NCBI GenBank assembly: GCA_963763775.1
Contig: CAVXPZ010000003.1
Location: 192,001-256,000, forward strand
DNA from: an uncultured Chloroflexia bacterium
GTDB lineage: Bacteria > Chloroflexota > Limnocylindria > Limnocylindrales > CSP1-4
Length of the DNA: 64,000 bases
Direction: 5' to 3'
Part shown: positions 18,792 to 29,730 of the stretch, in pieces
How positions within the stretch are numbered: the stretch's first letter is position 1
Layout: each line of letters opens with the position of its first letter
Notes under the pieces: generated by a model
Seen by the model: the letters and a program-made list of their open reading frames with translations, nothing else
Told to the model about the DNA's origin: nothing
The model's database searches: none
Position numbers and translations under genes: made by a program

Positions 18792-20150
18792 CTAGAGGCC
18801 GGCCGGGCGCGTGCCGAGCGTGACGTCGAGCGTGACGGTCTTGCCGTCGCGCAGGACGTCCACCTTGACGGTGTCGCCGGGGGCGAACTGGGCGAGCGCC
18901 GCGTCGAGCGGGTGCTCCTGGTCGATGGTCTTGCCACCGACCGCGGTGATGATGTCGCCGCCCTTGACCCCGGCCAGGTCGGCCGGCGTACCGGACTTCA
19001 CGGCCCCTTCGGTCGTGGGCTGACCCGTGGTCTGGTCGAGCGACCCGACCCAGGCGCCAGCGTCGACGGGCAGCTTCTGCTTGTCGGCGAACTGGCGGTC
19101 GAGGCTGACGAAGCTGATCCCCAGGTACGGACGCGCGAGCTGCTGGCCCGCGACGGCCTGGGCCATGATCGCCTTGGCGATATCGATCGGGATGGCGAAG
19201 CCGATGCCGTTGCTGCCGGACGCGATCGCGGTGTTGATGCCGATGACGTTGCCGTCGGCGTCGAGGAGCGGCCCGCCGGAGTTGCCGGGGTTGATCGCCG
19301 CATCGGTCTGGATGAGGTTGTTGAGGGGCTTCGTCGAGCCGTCCGTGGTGATCGTCCGGCCGGTGGCCGACACGATGCCGCTCGTGACCGAGTTGGAGTA
19401 CGTGCCCAGCGGGCTACCGATCGCGACGACGAGCTGTCCGACCTTCAGGGCATCGGACTCGCCGAGCGCGGCGGTCGGGAGGCCCGTGGCATCGACCTTG
19501 ACGATGGCGAGGTCGGTCAGGGTGTCGATGCCGTAGACCTTGCCGGAGAGGACCCGGCCGTCCTTGAGCTCGACGTCGAACTTGTCGCCGCCCTCGACCA
19601 CGTGCTTGTTCGTGAGGATCCAACCGTTGCTGTCGTAGATGACGCCCGACCCGACGCCGGTCTCCGGGATGACGCCGTTGCTGCCGTCGAGGCCCGTGCC
19701 GGTGACGGTGATCCGGACGACCGCGGGGCTGACCTTGGCCGCGACGGCGATCGTCGCGGACGACTCGTCGATGGTGACGGGCTGGACCGCGCCGACGTTC
19801 GTACCGGCCGCGACCGTCGAGGTCGGGGCGGGCTGATCGAGGGCGCCGGTCGCGTTGAGCGCGGCCACGGTCCCGGCCGAGGCGAGGACCGCCGACAGGA
19901 GCGCCGCGGTCACGATGGAGCCGGTGTTCGAGCGGGACTTGACGACCGCCGGGGCGACCGGGGTCGCGGCGGGAGCCGGCTCGTACCAGCGCTCGGGCGT
20001 GGCCGGCGTCGGTGTGGGGGCCGCGTACTCGCGGATCCACTCGGGTCGCGTCTCCGGCGACGGCGAGTAGGTCGGCGGGGTGGGGATCTCGTGTCGCTGG
20101 GTCGGCTCGCCCGGATCGGTCGGATCGGGGCGATGGGTATCGTCGGTCAT
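18792..20150 (-). CDS. htrA: HtrA/DegP (S1C) serine protease with one PDZ domain, PepD-like
   Basis: TM anchor; GVGSG, LTNKHVV, DLAIVKV, IQTDAAINPGNSGGPL; C-terminal PDZ. Confidence 0.94.
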   Translation of the reverse strand: MTDDTHRPDPTDPGEPTQRHEIPTPPTYSPSPETRPEWIREYAAPTPTPATPERWYEPAPAATPVAPAVVKSRSNTGSIVTAALLSAVLASAGTVAALNATGALDQPAPTSTVAAGTNVGAVQPVTIDESSATIAVAAKVSPAVVRITVTGTGLDGSNGVIPETGVGSGVIYDSNGWILTNKHVVEGGDKFDVELKDGRVLSGKVYGIDTLTDLAIVKVDATGLPTAALGESDALKVGQLVVAIGSPLGTYSNSVTSGIVSATGRTITTDGSTKPLNNLIQTDAAINPGNSGGPLLDADGNVIGINTAIASGSNGIGFAIPIDIAKAIMAQAVAGQQLARPYLGISFVSLDRQFADKQKLPVDAGAWVGSLDQTTGQPTTEGAVKSGTPADLAGVKGGDIITAVGGKTIDQEHPLDAALAQFAPGDTVKVDVLRDGKTVTLDVTLGTRPAGL

Positions 20151-20182
20151 GGGTGTTCGGCTTCCCTTGCAGGCTGGGGCCG

Positions 20183-20198
20183 GTGAGTGGCCCGTGAG
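20183..20198 (-). promoter_or_regulatory. Putative OmpR/MprA-type tandem box upstream of htrA
   Basis: CTCAC-N6-CTCAC on the gene strand (GTGAG at 20183 and 20194, 11-bp period). Confidence 0.35.
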
Positions 20199-20208
20199 GT
20201 GATCGACC

Positions 20209-21901
20209 TCAGGGTGCCGGTTCCGGATTCACCTGCGGGCGGTCGGACGGTGAAGTTTCCGTCATGTTGGGCAACGTGTCCTGACGGGCTCCGGCCGCCG
20301 CCGAGGCCACGTCCGCGCGCTCGGCCGCCGGGGTCCCGGCGACCAGTCGCGGATCGCGCGGCAACTCGACGATGAACCGCGAACCCTCGCCGATGCGGCT
20401 CTCCACCACGATCGTCCCGCCGTGCATGTCCACGATCGACCGGACGATGGCCAGCCCGAGACCGCTGCCGCTGCCGCGGGCCTCGTTGGCGCGCGAGCCT
20501 CGGTAGAACCGCTCGAAGATGTGCGGCAGCTCGGCCGGATCGATGCCAACGCCCGTATCGGTGACCTCGATCCGCCCGCCGATCTCGGTCGGGGCGACGA
20601 CGACGCCCACCGAGCCGTCACGCCCGGTGAACTTGACGGCGTTGCCGACGAGGTTGCCCACGACCTGGCCGATCCGCTGCGGGTCGTGACGGATGCGGAT
20701 CGGCGCCTCGGGGAGCTCGAGGTGCAGGTGCACGCCGCGCTTGCGGGCGGCCGCGGTGCTTTGCTCGACCGCGGTCTCGACGGCCGCCCGCAGGTCGTCG
20801 GGCCGCAGGTCGAGCAGGACGAGCCCGGAATCGAGCTTGGAGAGCTCCAGGAGGTTCTGGGCCAGCCAGTCGAGGCGTTCGATCTGCTGGCCGCTCGAAT
20901 TCGAGGAACTCCGTGCGCAGCTCGGGGTCGTCGCCCGCGCGCTCCTTCAGGAGGTCGTTGAACGTCCGCAGGGCGGCCAGCGGCGTCCGCAGCTCGTGTG
21001 AGACATCGGCGAGGAAGTCGCGGCTGCGGTCCCGGTCGCGGCGGATGATCTCGACACTCTCCTCGACCCGGTCGGCCATCGAGTTGAACTGGACGGCGAG
21101 CTCGACGAGCTCAGAGGACCCTGAGCGCATCTGCGCCGCGGGCACACGCTGGGAGAGGTCGCCTTCCGCGAGCGCGCGCGATGCCTCGGTCAGCTGGCGG
21201 AGGGGCGTCGTGAACCGGCGGGCGAGGGCGGCCGACACGAGCACCGCGAGCCCAAGGGCGAACAGCGCGATGACGAGCAGCAGCCCGGTCACGTTCGCGA
21301 TCGCCGTGGCCCGATACGTGTAGGGGTGCGCGAGGCCGATCTGGAACGCGTATTGCGAGAACGTGTCGCCGCCCGAGTACACCTGGTCCGGGATCGACGA
21401 GGTCTCCTGCGTCTGGCCGGCCTTCGGCGCGACGTCGAACGGCATCGTGAACGTGCCGTTGATCGCCGGCACGAAGACGCTGGTCTCACCGGTCTTCACG
21501 TATTGCCCGAACTGCACCGTGACGTCGGCCTGCCCGATCGCATCGGCGATGTCCTGCTGGATGGCCGCGTTGTCGAGCGCCGTGACGACGCTCCCGTCGA
21601 GCGTGTTGTCCAGCCCGACGACCGGCCGGCGCTGCGCCTGCGTGTCCGCGATCAACTGGACGTAGGTGGCGATCGTGTCCGCGCGGAGCTTGAGCTCGGC
21701 CTGCTGCCGGTTCGTGAAGTAGTCGTCGAGCCGGTTGAGGACGAGGGCCGACACGAGGATGAGCGTCAGGGCGATGACCGCGACGAACGCCCCGGTCAGC
21801 CGACCCTGGAACGTCCGCGGCATCAGCCGGCGCAAGGGACGGGGAAGCCGCAGGCGCGGGACCCTCGCGGGCTCAGCGCTCGGCGAAGGCGTAGCCGACA
21901 C
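20209..21901 (-). CDS. HAMP-domain sensor histidine kinase (frameshift near 20895)
   Basis: Two TMs, HAMP, FLADVSHELRTP H-box; N/G1/F/G2 boxes (NAVKF, DTGVGI, IFERFYRG, GSGLGLAI) lie in ORF 20209..20733. Confidence 0.9.
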
Positions 21902-22571
21902 CTCGCACCGTCAGGACGAACTCGGGCGTCGCCGGGTCGTCCTCGATCTTGTCGCGCAGATGGCTCACGTGGACGTTGATGGTCTTCTCGTCCTGGTCGA
22001 GCGCCTCGTAGTCGCGGAGCAGCTCGAGGAGCTCCGAGCGGGTGTAGACGCGCCCCGGGCGGGACGCGAGGTGCCGGAGGATCTCGAACTCGGTCGGCGT
22101 CAGGCTGATCCGGCGTGGGCCGCGCTGGACGCGCCGCCGCTCGAGATCGATGACGAGGTCGTGATGGCGGATGACCCGGCCGCCGACCGCGTCAGCGAGG
22201 TCGCCGTACGAGCGCCGCAGCAGCGCCTTGATGCGGCTCATCAACTCGCGCAGCCCGAAGGGCTTCGTCAGGTAGTCGTCGGCACCCAGCTCGAGCCCGA
22301 TGACCTTGTCGACCTCGTCATCGCGCGCCGTCAGGATGAGCACCGGCATCTTCGCGCCGGCGCCGCGGAGGCGGCGGAGGACCTCGAACCCGTCGATCCC
22401 GGGCAGGCGGACGTCGAGGACGACGAGGTCCGGCGCCTGATTGACGGCGAGATCGAGCCCCTCTTCGCCGGAGCGGGCGACGGCGACCTCGTAGCCCTCC
22501 TGCTGCAGGGCGTACTGGATCCCGCGCGCGACGGCGTGCTCGTCTTCGACGATGAGGATGGTGGCGGCCAC
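21873..22571 (-). CDS. OmpR/PhoB-family response regulator
   Basis: ILIVEDE, DLVVLDVRLP, GADDYLTKPF; wHTH LTPTEFEIL...TVRGVGY. Confidence 0.95.
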   Translation of the reverse strand: MAATILIVEDEHAVARGIQYALQQEGYEVAVARSGEEGLDLAVNQAPDLVVLDVRLPGIDGFEVLRRLRGAGAKMPVLILTARDDEVDKVIGLELGADDYLTKPFGLRELMSRIKALLRRSYGDLADAVGGRVIRHHDLVIDLERRRVQRGPRRISLTPTEFEILRHLASRPGRVYTRSELLELLRDYEALDQDEKTINVHVSHLRDKIEDDPATPEFVLTVRGVGYAFAER

Positions 22572-22731
22572 GCGGCGATGCTACACCGAGCGGCCGAAGG
22601 AGCACCTGACCTCGCGTTCGTCGGTGCTCGTGGTAAGGTACGGCGCACATCCGGGCGCCTCGCCCCTGCCGACCGGCCGGCGAGCCGCAGCCCGTCCCAC
22701 CGTCTCGATCCACCATCCAGAGGTCCGCTCC

Positions 22732-23424
22732 ATGTCCACTGCCACTGCCACCGCCCGCCCGACGCTGGCCGCCGAGCACCGCGACGTCACCGGCAAGAAG
22801 GTCAGCGCCCTGCGCCACGCCGGCCGCCTGCCTGCGGTCGTCTACGGCCACGGCGAGGACTCGGACAACGTCTCGGTCGACACGCACGATTTCGAGCTGC
22901 TCCGCCGCCGAGTCGGGTCCAACGCCCTGGTGGACCTCTCGATCGACGGCAAGAAGGCGCGACCGGTGCTCGTCTCGAGCGTCCAGGTCCACCCGGTCAA
23001 CCGGCGCCCGCTCCACGTCGACCTGTTCCTCGTGCGCATGACCGAGGAGCTGACCGTCGACGTGTCGCTCGTCGCGGTCGGCGACTCGCCGGCCGTGTCC
23101 CTCAACGGCGGCACGCTCCTCCACCCGACCGAGACGGTCAGGGTCAAGGCGCTGCCGGACCAACTGCCGCAGTCGATCGAGTACAGCATCGAATCGCTCG
23201 TCGACTTCGAGGGCAGCATCCGCGTGAGCGACCTCGTGATCCCCGAGGGCGTGACGCTGTTGACCGACGGCGATGAGGTCATCGCGAAGGTCCAGGCGCC
23301 GCGCGTCGAGGAGGCCCCGATCGCGGTGGCCGCTGCCGAGGGCGAGGCTGCCGAGGGCGAGGCTGCCGAGGGCGAGAGCGCCGGCGCCGCCGATGGCGAC
23401 AGCGGGGGCGACTCGGAAGGCTGA
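22732..23424 (+). CDS. rplY: 50S ribosomal protein L25 / general stress protein Ctc
   Basis: GKKVSALRHAGRLPAVVYG, VQVHPV...HVDL, C-terminal beta domain and acidic tail. Confidence 0.95.
   Translation: MSTATATARPTLAAEHRDVTGKKVSALRHAGRLPAVVYGHGEDSDNVSVDTHDFELLRRRVGSNALVDLSIDGKKARPVLVSSVQVHPVNRRPLHVDLFLVRMTEELTVDVSLVAVGDSPAVSLNGGTLLHPTETVRVKALPDQLPQSIEYSIESLVDFEGSIRVSDLVIPEGVTLLTDGDEVIAKVQAPRVEEAPIAVAAAEGEAAEGEAAEGESAGAADGDSGGDSEG
23332..23376 (+). repeat. 15-bp coding tandem repeat x3 (AAEGE)
   Basis: GCTGCCGAGGGCGAG at 23332, 23347 and 23362 in the rplY tail. Confidence 0.85.
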
Positions 23425-23490
23425 GCCTCAAGGTCGGCCGTGGGGGCCGGCTCCGGCCGTCGCCCGGCTCGGCGTCGCCCGGCTCGGCGT

Positions 23491-23708
23491 CGGCCGCGAG
23501 TCCGGCCGGCCGTCGCTTCCTGTCGAGTCACAGACAGGCCCCTTTGTGCGGGTCTGGCCCACGTCAGGCCGCGTTCCCGTCTCGGTCAGTCACCCGGTGA
23601 CTGACGCGGAAGTTTTCGAGGCATCTCGAAGGCGATCCGCCGGTCATCGCCCACGCAGCCCTCGACTCGTGACTGTCCGAGAAGTGGGCCACCGGCCGGC
23701 CGCGAGTC
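23491..23708. repeat. Structured intergenic element bracketed by a 12-bp direct repeat (REP/MITE-like or ncRNA)
   Basis: CGGCCGCGAGTC at 23491-23502 and 23697-23708; internal hairpins GTCAGTCAC-CCG-GTGACTGAC (23585-23605), TTCGAG-GCAT-CTCGAA (23615-23630), GGCGAT-N9-ATCGCC (23631-23651). Confidence 0.45.
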
Positions 23709-23714
23709 AGCCGT

Positions 23715-23981
23715 TCACGTGTCCACCCGCGCCGCGGCTTCGGCCGAGGTGATGACCGGCACGACCTCGAAATCGACGAGGTCGTTCCATCGGCTGGTCC
23801 ATTCGTCGATGTGCGCCCGGTCGGGCGCGTCCATGACCTGGTAGCAGCGCGCGAGCGGGAGGTCCACCCAGCTCGCGACATAGGTGACGCCGTCAGGCGC
23901 GAGGCGGCCGTGTTCGCGGAACCGGCGGTACACGGGGACGGGGTCCCCATCGCGGTAGTGCTCGATGATCATGAACAGCAT
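23715..23981 (-). CDS. DUF3303 family protein
   Basis: MLFMIIEHY...VYRRFREHGR...YVASWV...CYQVM...WNDLVDFEVVPV. Confidence 0.8.
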   Translation of the reverse strand: MLFMIIEHYRDGDPVPVYRRFREHGRLAPDGVTYVASWVDLPLARCYQVMDAPDRAHIDEWTSRWNDLVDFEVVPVITSAEAAARVDT

Positions 23982-23994
23982 CGTCGCGTGCCGG

Positions 23995-24814
23995 TCAGCG
24001 CCGCGCGGACGTGAAGACGATCGGGAACCGCATCGTCAGCGCCTCGGCTGACAGGCCGGCCAGCCGATCCCGCAGGCTCGCGACCAGCCAGTCGCGCTCG
24101 TCCGGTTCCAGCTCGTCGAACAGGCTCGTCTCGTCGAACTCGGCGAGGAAGCCGATGTAGCCGTCCACGGAGTAGCGGTGCTCGAGCGTCTCGGCGACCG
24201 CGGACGCGTCGTGGAAGCCGGCCCGGCGCAACTCGTCGACCGCGCGCTTCGGCGAGGCGAAGTCGCCCGACGGGCCGTCCGGGCCGCCCGTCTCGATGCC
24301 GAGCTCGTCGAGGAGATCGTCGAAGATCCGGTCCGGCTCGAACGACGGACCGCCGGCGAGCCAGGTCACGCCGTCGAACACGCCACCGGGGCGGAGCACC
24401 CGATGGATCTCGCGCAGGGCGCGATACCGGTTCGGTACGAGCTGCAGCACGAACGAGGACATCGCGAGATCGAACCTGCCGTCGTCGAATGGCAGTGCAT
24501 CGGCGAACGCCAGCTCGACCCGGAACCTGGAGCGCTGCGGCGGCGGGCAATCGCCTGATGCTCTCGGTCGCGGCCATCGCGCACATCTCGCCCGAGGCGT
24601 CGATCCCGTCGACCTCGATGGTCGGCCAGCGTTCGATGGCCCCGAGGGCGAGCTGCCCGGTCCCGGTGCCGACATCGACGACCCGCGCGGGCGTTCCATC
24701 GACATGCGGACCGATCCGGTCGAGGAGCCGCTCGACGGCGGGCGTCAGGACCGGCGCCCACCAGTGGGCATAACCCTCGGCGATCCGGTCGTAGCGCTCG
24801 GCCTGCTCGGTCAT
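23995..24814 (-). CDS. Class I SAM-dependent methyltransferase (frameshift near 24540)
   Basis: VVDVGTGTG and GIDAS in one frame; ADALPFDDGRFDLAMSSFVL and RVLRPGG in the next. Confidence 0.88.
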
Positions 24815-24854
24815 CTCGGGCGCATGGTGCCACGCGCCCGAGATGCGAGATCGG

Positions 24855-25883
24855 TCAGCCGCCGGTGGCGGCCGGCGCGGCGGGAGGGGTCGGGGCGATC
24901 GGCGGAGCCGGCGGCGTCGGCGCGGCGGGCGGTGCGGCGCGTCGCAGGAGCCCGGTCCGGCGCAGGAACCACGCCACCACAGCACCGAGGACGCCTAGCA
25001 CGATGAGGATCGGCAGCCACACGATGGCGAACCAGATCCCGGCACTCGCGAGGTTCTGCAGGATGCCGACCATGCTGGCCGCAGCCTCGTCGACGACCGA
25101 CGCGGGATCCCAGCCCTTCTGGGCCACCTCGACCGCCACGACCGGCACGCCGAACGTGACCGTCAGCGTGGCGAGGTCGGCCTGGTTGGAGATCTGCGCG
25201 AGCTGGCCGGCGAGGACCTCGATCTGGCCACGGACGTCGGTCAGCTGCTGCTCGACTTCGAGCACGTCGGAGATCTTGTTCGCCTTGAGCGCGATCGCCT
25301 GGAGCGAGGCTTCGCTTGCGCGAAGGTTCTTGATGCGCGCCGTGAGGTCCACGATCTGGCCGGTGACCTCGACGGCCTGCGTCTGCTCGACCACGACCTT
25401 GGTGGTCTGTCCGTTCAGACTGCGCAGCGCGGCGAGGGCGTCCTCCCAGCGGTCGACCGGGATGCGATAGGTGATCTCGGCCGTGGGCTGATCGCCCTCG
25501 TTCGCGGTGTTCGACGCACCGACGTAGCCGCCCATACCGCGGATGAGCGTGCGGGCCGTCGCCACGGCCTTCGCCACGTCCGTGACCTGCAGCTGCATCG
25601 TGCCGGTGCGCACGATGCGGGCATCGTCGACGGCGCCGACGACATCGCCGCCGCCGGAGCCGTCGCTCGGGACGGCCGCGGCTGGGGCCGCACTCGCGGC
25701 AGAGCTCGGGTAGGCGGCGGCCGGGGCCTCGGCACCGGCGTACGACTCGTCGCCGACGGCGTTGCCGACCGTCGAGAGGACGGTGGCGCCGCTGGAACTG
25801 CACGCGACGATGACCGCGGCCAGGACCGTGAGGAGCACCAGGCCCGTCGGACGACCGACGGATCGGGATCGGAAGGTGGGCAT
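24855..25883 (-). CDS. DUF4349-domain lipoprotein with C-terminal TM
   Basis: Lipobox VIVAC; RIVRTGTMQLQV, GGYV, EVTGQIVDLTARI coiled coil; C-terminal WLP TM. Confidence 0.85.
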   Translation of the reverse strand: MPTFRSRSVGRPTGLVLLTVLAAVIVACSSSGATVLSTVGNAVGDESYAGAEAPAAAYPSSAASAAPAAAVPSDGSGGGDVVGAVDDARIVRTGTMQLQVTDVAKAVATARTLIRGMGGYVGASNTANEGDQPTAEITYRIPVDRWEDALAALRSLNGQTTKVVVEQTQAVEVTGQIVDLTARIKNLRASEASLQAIALKANKISDVLEVEQQLTDVRGQIEVLAGQLAQISNQADLATLTVTFGVPVVAVEVAQKGWDPASVVDEAAASMVGILQNLASAGIWFAIVWLPILIVLGVLGAVVAWFLRRTGLLRRAAPPAAPTPPAPPIAPTPPAAPAATGG

Positions 25884-25947
25884 CTCGATGGCCTCCGTTG
25901 GCCTTCGCGCCTCGCCGGCGGCCAACGCCGTCAGCGGGCATGCCCCT

Positions 25948-25973
25948 GACGCCAGCCCATCGGACCCGGTTCC
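25948..25973 (-). promoter_or_regulatory. Putative ECF-sigma promoter upstream of the DUF4349 gene
   Basis: GGAACC - 16 nt - CGTC on the minus strand. Confidence 0.4.
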
Positions 25974-26075
25974 GCCGCCGACACGACGGCCGACACATCG
26001 GCCGACCCCGCCCCGTCCGAGACCCGACCGCCGGCGTCGAGCAGCCCGACCGACCGGCCCGCCCGGAGGTTCGTG

Positions 26076-27592
26076 ATGGACCGCCCGTCCCACCCCGACC
26101 GCCGACGAGCCCGGCACGTACTCGCGGCCGGCCTCGTCATCGGCGTCCTCGCCGAACGCCTGCTGTACGGCGCGGCGTACGGCGTGAACGTCCCGATCCT
26201 GGTCCTCGCCGTCCTCGCCGCCGCCTGGCTGGTCCGCCGGCCGGGTCGACCCTTCGACCCGCTCGACGCATGGCTGCCCGGAAGCGCGGTCGTGCTCTCG
26301 TCGCTGGTCGCGCTGCGAGGCGACCCGTTCCTCGTCGCCCTCGACACGATCGCCGCGGTGGCGTGCATGGTCGGCGCGGTCATCGCCATCTCCGGCACGC
26401 CCGTCACCCGGCGGTCGGCCACGGCGATCGGGCTGCTCGGCGCGCGGGCGGCGGAGGCCGTCGGGTTCGGGGCACCGCGCGCCGTCGACCGGGCTCGCCC
26501 GTTCCGGGTGGAGTCGACGAACGGCCTCCCGGCGGCGGCCCTCCCGGTCGTGCGCGGTCTCGTCATCGGCGTCCCGTTGGCGGTCATCTTCGCGATCCTG
26601 TTCGCCTCGGCGGACCCGATCTTCCGGCAGTCCGTCGCGGACCTCCTCGGGTTCCGGATCGACCTCGGCGACCTGCCCGGACGAGCGCTCCTGGTCGCCA
26701 TGGCGGCGTGGCTGGGCGCCGGCCTGGTGTCGATCGCGGCATTCGGCCTGCATGAGACGACGTTCGCGTCGCTCGGCGCGGCCGCGCGAACGACCACTCT
26801 GCCGTCCATCCGATCGGTCGGCCGCGCCGAGGCGCTCGCGATCCTGCGTCTGCATCGACCTCGTCATCGGGTTCTTCGTCGGCCTCCAGGTCGCGTACCT
26901 GTTCGGCGGCCTCGACACCCTGGCGGCCATCGGTATGACCTACGCCGACTACGCGCGGCGCGGGTTCTTCGAGCTCCTCGCGGCGGCGGCGCTCGCCGCG
27001 GTCGTGGTGGTCGTGCTCGAGGCGACGGTGACCTCGCGGCCCGTCGCCTATCGGGCGGCGCTCCTGGCGCTCGTCGGCCTGACCGCGGTCGTCCTCGCCT
27101 CGGCGGCGCAGCGCCTGGCCATCTACCAGGATGCCTACGGATGGACCGAGCTGCGCGCGTATGTGCTCGCGGCGATCCTCACGATGGGCGTGGGGCTCGC
27201 GGCGATGGCCGGCATCGTCTGGCTGGACCGGAGCCGTTGGCTCGGGCATGCGTTCGTGGCCATCGGGATCCTGGCGCTGGTCGGGTTGAACCTCGCCGCT
27301 CCTGCGGCCATCGTCGCGTCGCGGAACGTCGAGCGGGTCATCGACCCGTCGCTGGTCCCGGCCGACGGGCATCCGGGGGTGGACGCCAGCTACCTCGCCG
27401 TGCTCCCCGACGACGCCATCCCGGTCCTGGTCGCCGCCCTGCCGCGGATGCCGGCCGACGACCAGGTGACGCTCCAGCGGATCCTCCGACGGCGCCGCGC
27501 GGCCATGGCGGCCGATCCGACGGGCCAGGGCCTCGTCGGCATGGAACCTCGGCCGCGAGCGTGCCCGGGCGGCCCTCGCGACCCTCCCGTGA
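26076..27592 (+). CDS. DUF4153/DUF4173 membrane protein (frameshifts near 26845 and 27535)
   Basis: LFASADPIF, YLFGG...TYADYARRGFFEL, RLAIYQDAYGWTELR, DASYLAVLPDDAIP, final WNLGRERARAAL; GGAGG RBS. Confidence 0.85.
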
Positions 27593-27617
27593 CGGCTGGC
27601 CGGCCTACACTCCGGCC

Positions 27618-28715
27618 ATGGCCGACCTGCATCTCCCCTTCCAGCCGCCGCTCGAGCCGATGCTCGCCAAGGCGTCCGACGACCTCCCCAAGGACGACGG
27701 CTGGCTCTTCGAGCCCAAGTGGGACGGCTTCCGCGCGCTCGTCTTTCGCGACGGCGACGAGTTGTACACGCAGTCGCGCGACCTGAAGCCGCTGGACCGG
27801 TACTTCCCCGAGCTGGCGGCGCCATTGAAGGCCTCGCTGCCGGAGCGATGCGTGCTCGACGGCGAGATCGTCATCGCCAAGGACGGCGGCCTGGCCTTCG
27901 AGTCGCTCCTGCTGCGGATCCACCCGGCCGAGTCGCGGGTGCGGATGCTGGCCGAGGAGTCGCCCGCGAGCTTCGTGGCGTGGGACCTGCTCGCGCTCGG
28001 CGACGAGGACCTGCGGACGACGCCACAGGGCGAGCGACGGGCAAGGCTCGAGGCGGTCCTCGGCAGCGCGACCCCGCCGATCCATCTCACGCCGGCGACG
28101 CTGGACCGCGCGACCGCGGCCGACTGGTTCGACCGCTTCGAAGGCGCCGGGCTGGACGGCGTCGTCGCGAAGCGGCTCGACGGCGCGTACCTGCCAGGGA
28201 AGCGGGCGATGCTCAAGATCAAGCACCAGCGCACGGCCGACTGCGTCGTGGCCGGGTTCCGGTGGCACAAGAACGGGCCGGGCACGCACATCGGCTCGCT
28301 GCTGCTCGGGCTCTTCGACGACGAGGGCACGCTCCATCACGTCGGCGTGACCTCGTCGTTCACGTGGGACCGGCGCGAGGCCCTGACCGCCGAGCTGGCG
28401 CCGCTCCGCGAGGACGCGCTCGCGCAGCACCCGTGGAAGGACTGGGCCGAGTGGGCCGGCTACGGCGACGCCGACGCCTCGGGTCAGCGCCTGCCGGGCG
28501 CGACGTCGCGCTGGAACCGCGGCAAGGACCTGTCGTGGGAGCCCCTCCGCGCGGAGCGCGTCGCCGAGGTCGCCTACGACCACCTCCAGGGCGACCGGTT
28601 CCGGCACGGGACGACGTTCAAGCGCTGGCGCGCGGACAAGTCGCCCGCCGACTGCCGCTACGACCAGCTGGAGGTCACGACCCCGTTCGAGCTGGCGAAG
28701 ATCTTCGGGTCGTAA
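27618..28715 (+). CDS. ligC: ATP-dependent DNA ligase, LigC type
   Basis: PMLAK, adenylation motif FEPKWDGFR, VLDGEI, WDLL, LDGVVAKR, IGSLLLGL, SRWN, RFRHG. Confidence 0.92.
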   Translation: MADLHLPFQPPLEPMLAKASDDLPKDDGWLFEPKWDGFRALVFRDGDELYTQSRDLKPLDRYFPELAAPLKASLPERCVLDGEIVIAKDGGLAFESLLLRIHPAESRVRMLAEESPASFVAWDLLALGDEDLRTTPQGERRARLEAVLGSATPPIHLTPATLDRATAADWFDRFEGAGLDGVVAKRLDGAYLPGKRAMLKIKHQRTADCVVAGFRWHKNGPGTHIGSLLLGLFDDEGTLHHVGVTSSFTWDRREALTAELAPLREDALAQHPWKDWAEWAGYGDADASGQRLPGATSRWNRGKDLSWEPLRAERVAEVAYDHLQGDRFRHGTTFKRWRADKSPADCRYDQLEVTTPFELAKIFGS

Positions 28716-28727
28716 GGCCGGCCGGCG

Positions 28728-29678
28728 TCAGCGGACGTCCTGCTGGAAGTCGGCCGGGTCGATCGCCGACGCCGGCGTCGCGTAGTCCTCGCCGAAGTAC
28801 TTCATCGAGAGCGCCTTGAGCGTGCCGTCGGCGAACCGCGCCTTGAGGGTCGCGTTGACGAGGTCGTACAGCGACTTCACGCTGCGGCCCGAGGTCTTGT
28901 CGATGGCGCCGGCGGGGATCCCGATGTAGGCGGCTGGCTCGATCCCCCGGAGCGCCAGGCCCTTGTCGTTGGCGGCCTTGCCCGTCGTATCGGCGCTCAG
29001 GAACGCGTCGAGCTTGCCGTCGGCGACGTCCTGCATGCCGGACGCCTCGACCGCGTACCCCACGATCGTGGCGCCGTCGACCTGGTAGTCCACCTTGACA
29101 CCGGGGATCGTCAGGGTCTTCTGGAGATACAGGTCGGCGAAGCAGCCGGTGCAGACGCCGATCCGCTTGCCGTCCAGGTCGCTCATGTGCATCGCCGGCG
29201 AGTCCTTCCGGACCCAGAATCGTTCCGGCGACCCCTCGTACGGCTGGGTGAAGTAGAGCCCGGGCATCCGCTCCTGGGTCACCCCGATCGAGGCGAAGGC
29301 GATGTCCCACCGGTCGCCCCAGTGGCCGGCGATCATCTCGGCCCAGGTCGGGACCACGTAGCACGGCTCGACACCGATGGCGTCCGCGATCAGGTTGCCG
29401 GTGGCCACGTCATAGCCGTCGAGCTCCGCGCGGGTCAGCTGGTTGACCTGACACTTGGTGTCCGCCGCGCGAACGGCCCCGTCCACCTTGAAGGACGACG
29501 GGGGATACGCCGGATCCGTCGGCAGGATCAGGGTGCCGCGCGCCTGGATCTGCGCCAGCTTGTCCGTGGCAGGGTCTGCGGAACCGGAGGGAGCGGCGCC
29601 GACCGTGCCGCAGCCGGACAGCACGGCACTCACGACGAGGGTCAGGACGAGTCCGGATCGACGGCGAAGGGTCGACAT
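28728..29678 (-). CDS. Family-3 solute-binding lipoprotein, 4-Cys subtype (paralogue 1)
   Basis: Lipobox VLSGC; DKLAQIQARGTL, YPP, GYDV, FTQPY, DGTLKALSMKYFG; Cys in TKC, EPC and CTGC. Confidence 0.88.
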   Translation of the reverse strand: MSTLRRRSGLVLTLVVSAVLSGCGTVGAAPSGSADPATDKLAQIQARGTLILPTDPAYPPSSFKVDGAVRAADTKCQVNQLTRAELDGYDVATGNLIADAIGVEPCYVVPTWAEMIAGHWGDRWDIAFASIGVTQERMPGLYFTQPYEGSPERFWVRKDSPAMHMSDLDGKRIGVCTGCFADLYLQKTLTIPGVKVDYQVDGATIVGYAVEASGMQDVADGKLDAFLSADTTGKAANDKGLALRGIEPAAYIGIPAGAIDKTSGRSVKSLYDLVNATLKARFADGTLKALSMKYFGEDYATPASAIDPADFQQDVR

Positions 29679-29730
29679 CGGGAACTCCGGGAGTGGGACG
29701 GATCGCCCGTCGGTCGACGGCTCGCGCAGT

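Noticed and set aside
26073-28715. 880-aa membrane protein-DNA ligase fusion in the ORF track
   Set aside because: Caused by frameshift read-through. LigC has its own TACACT box and ATG at 27618, and DUF4153 ends at TGA 27592 in another frame.
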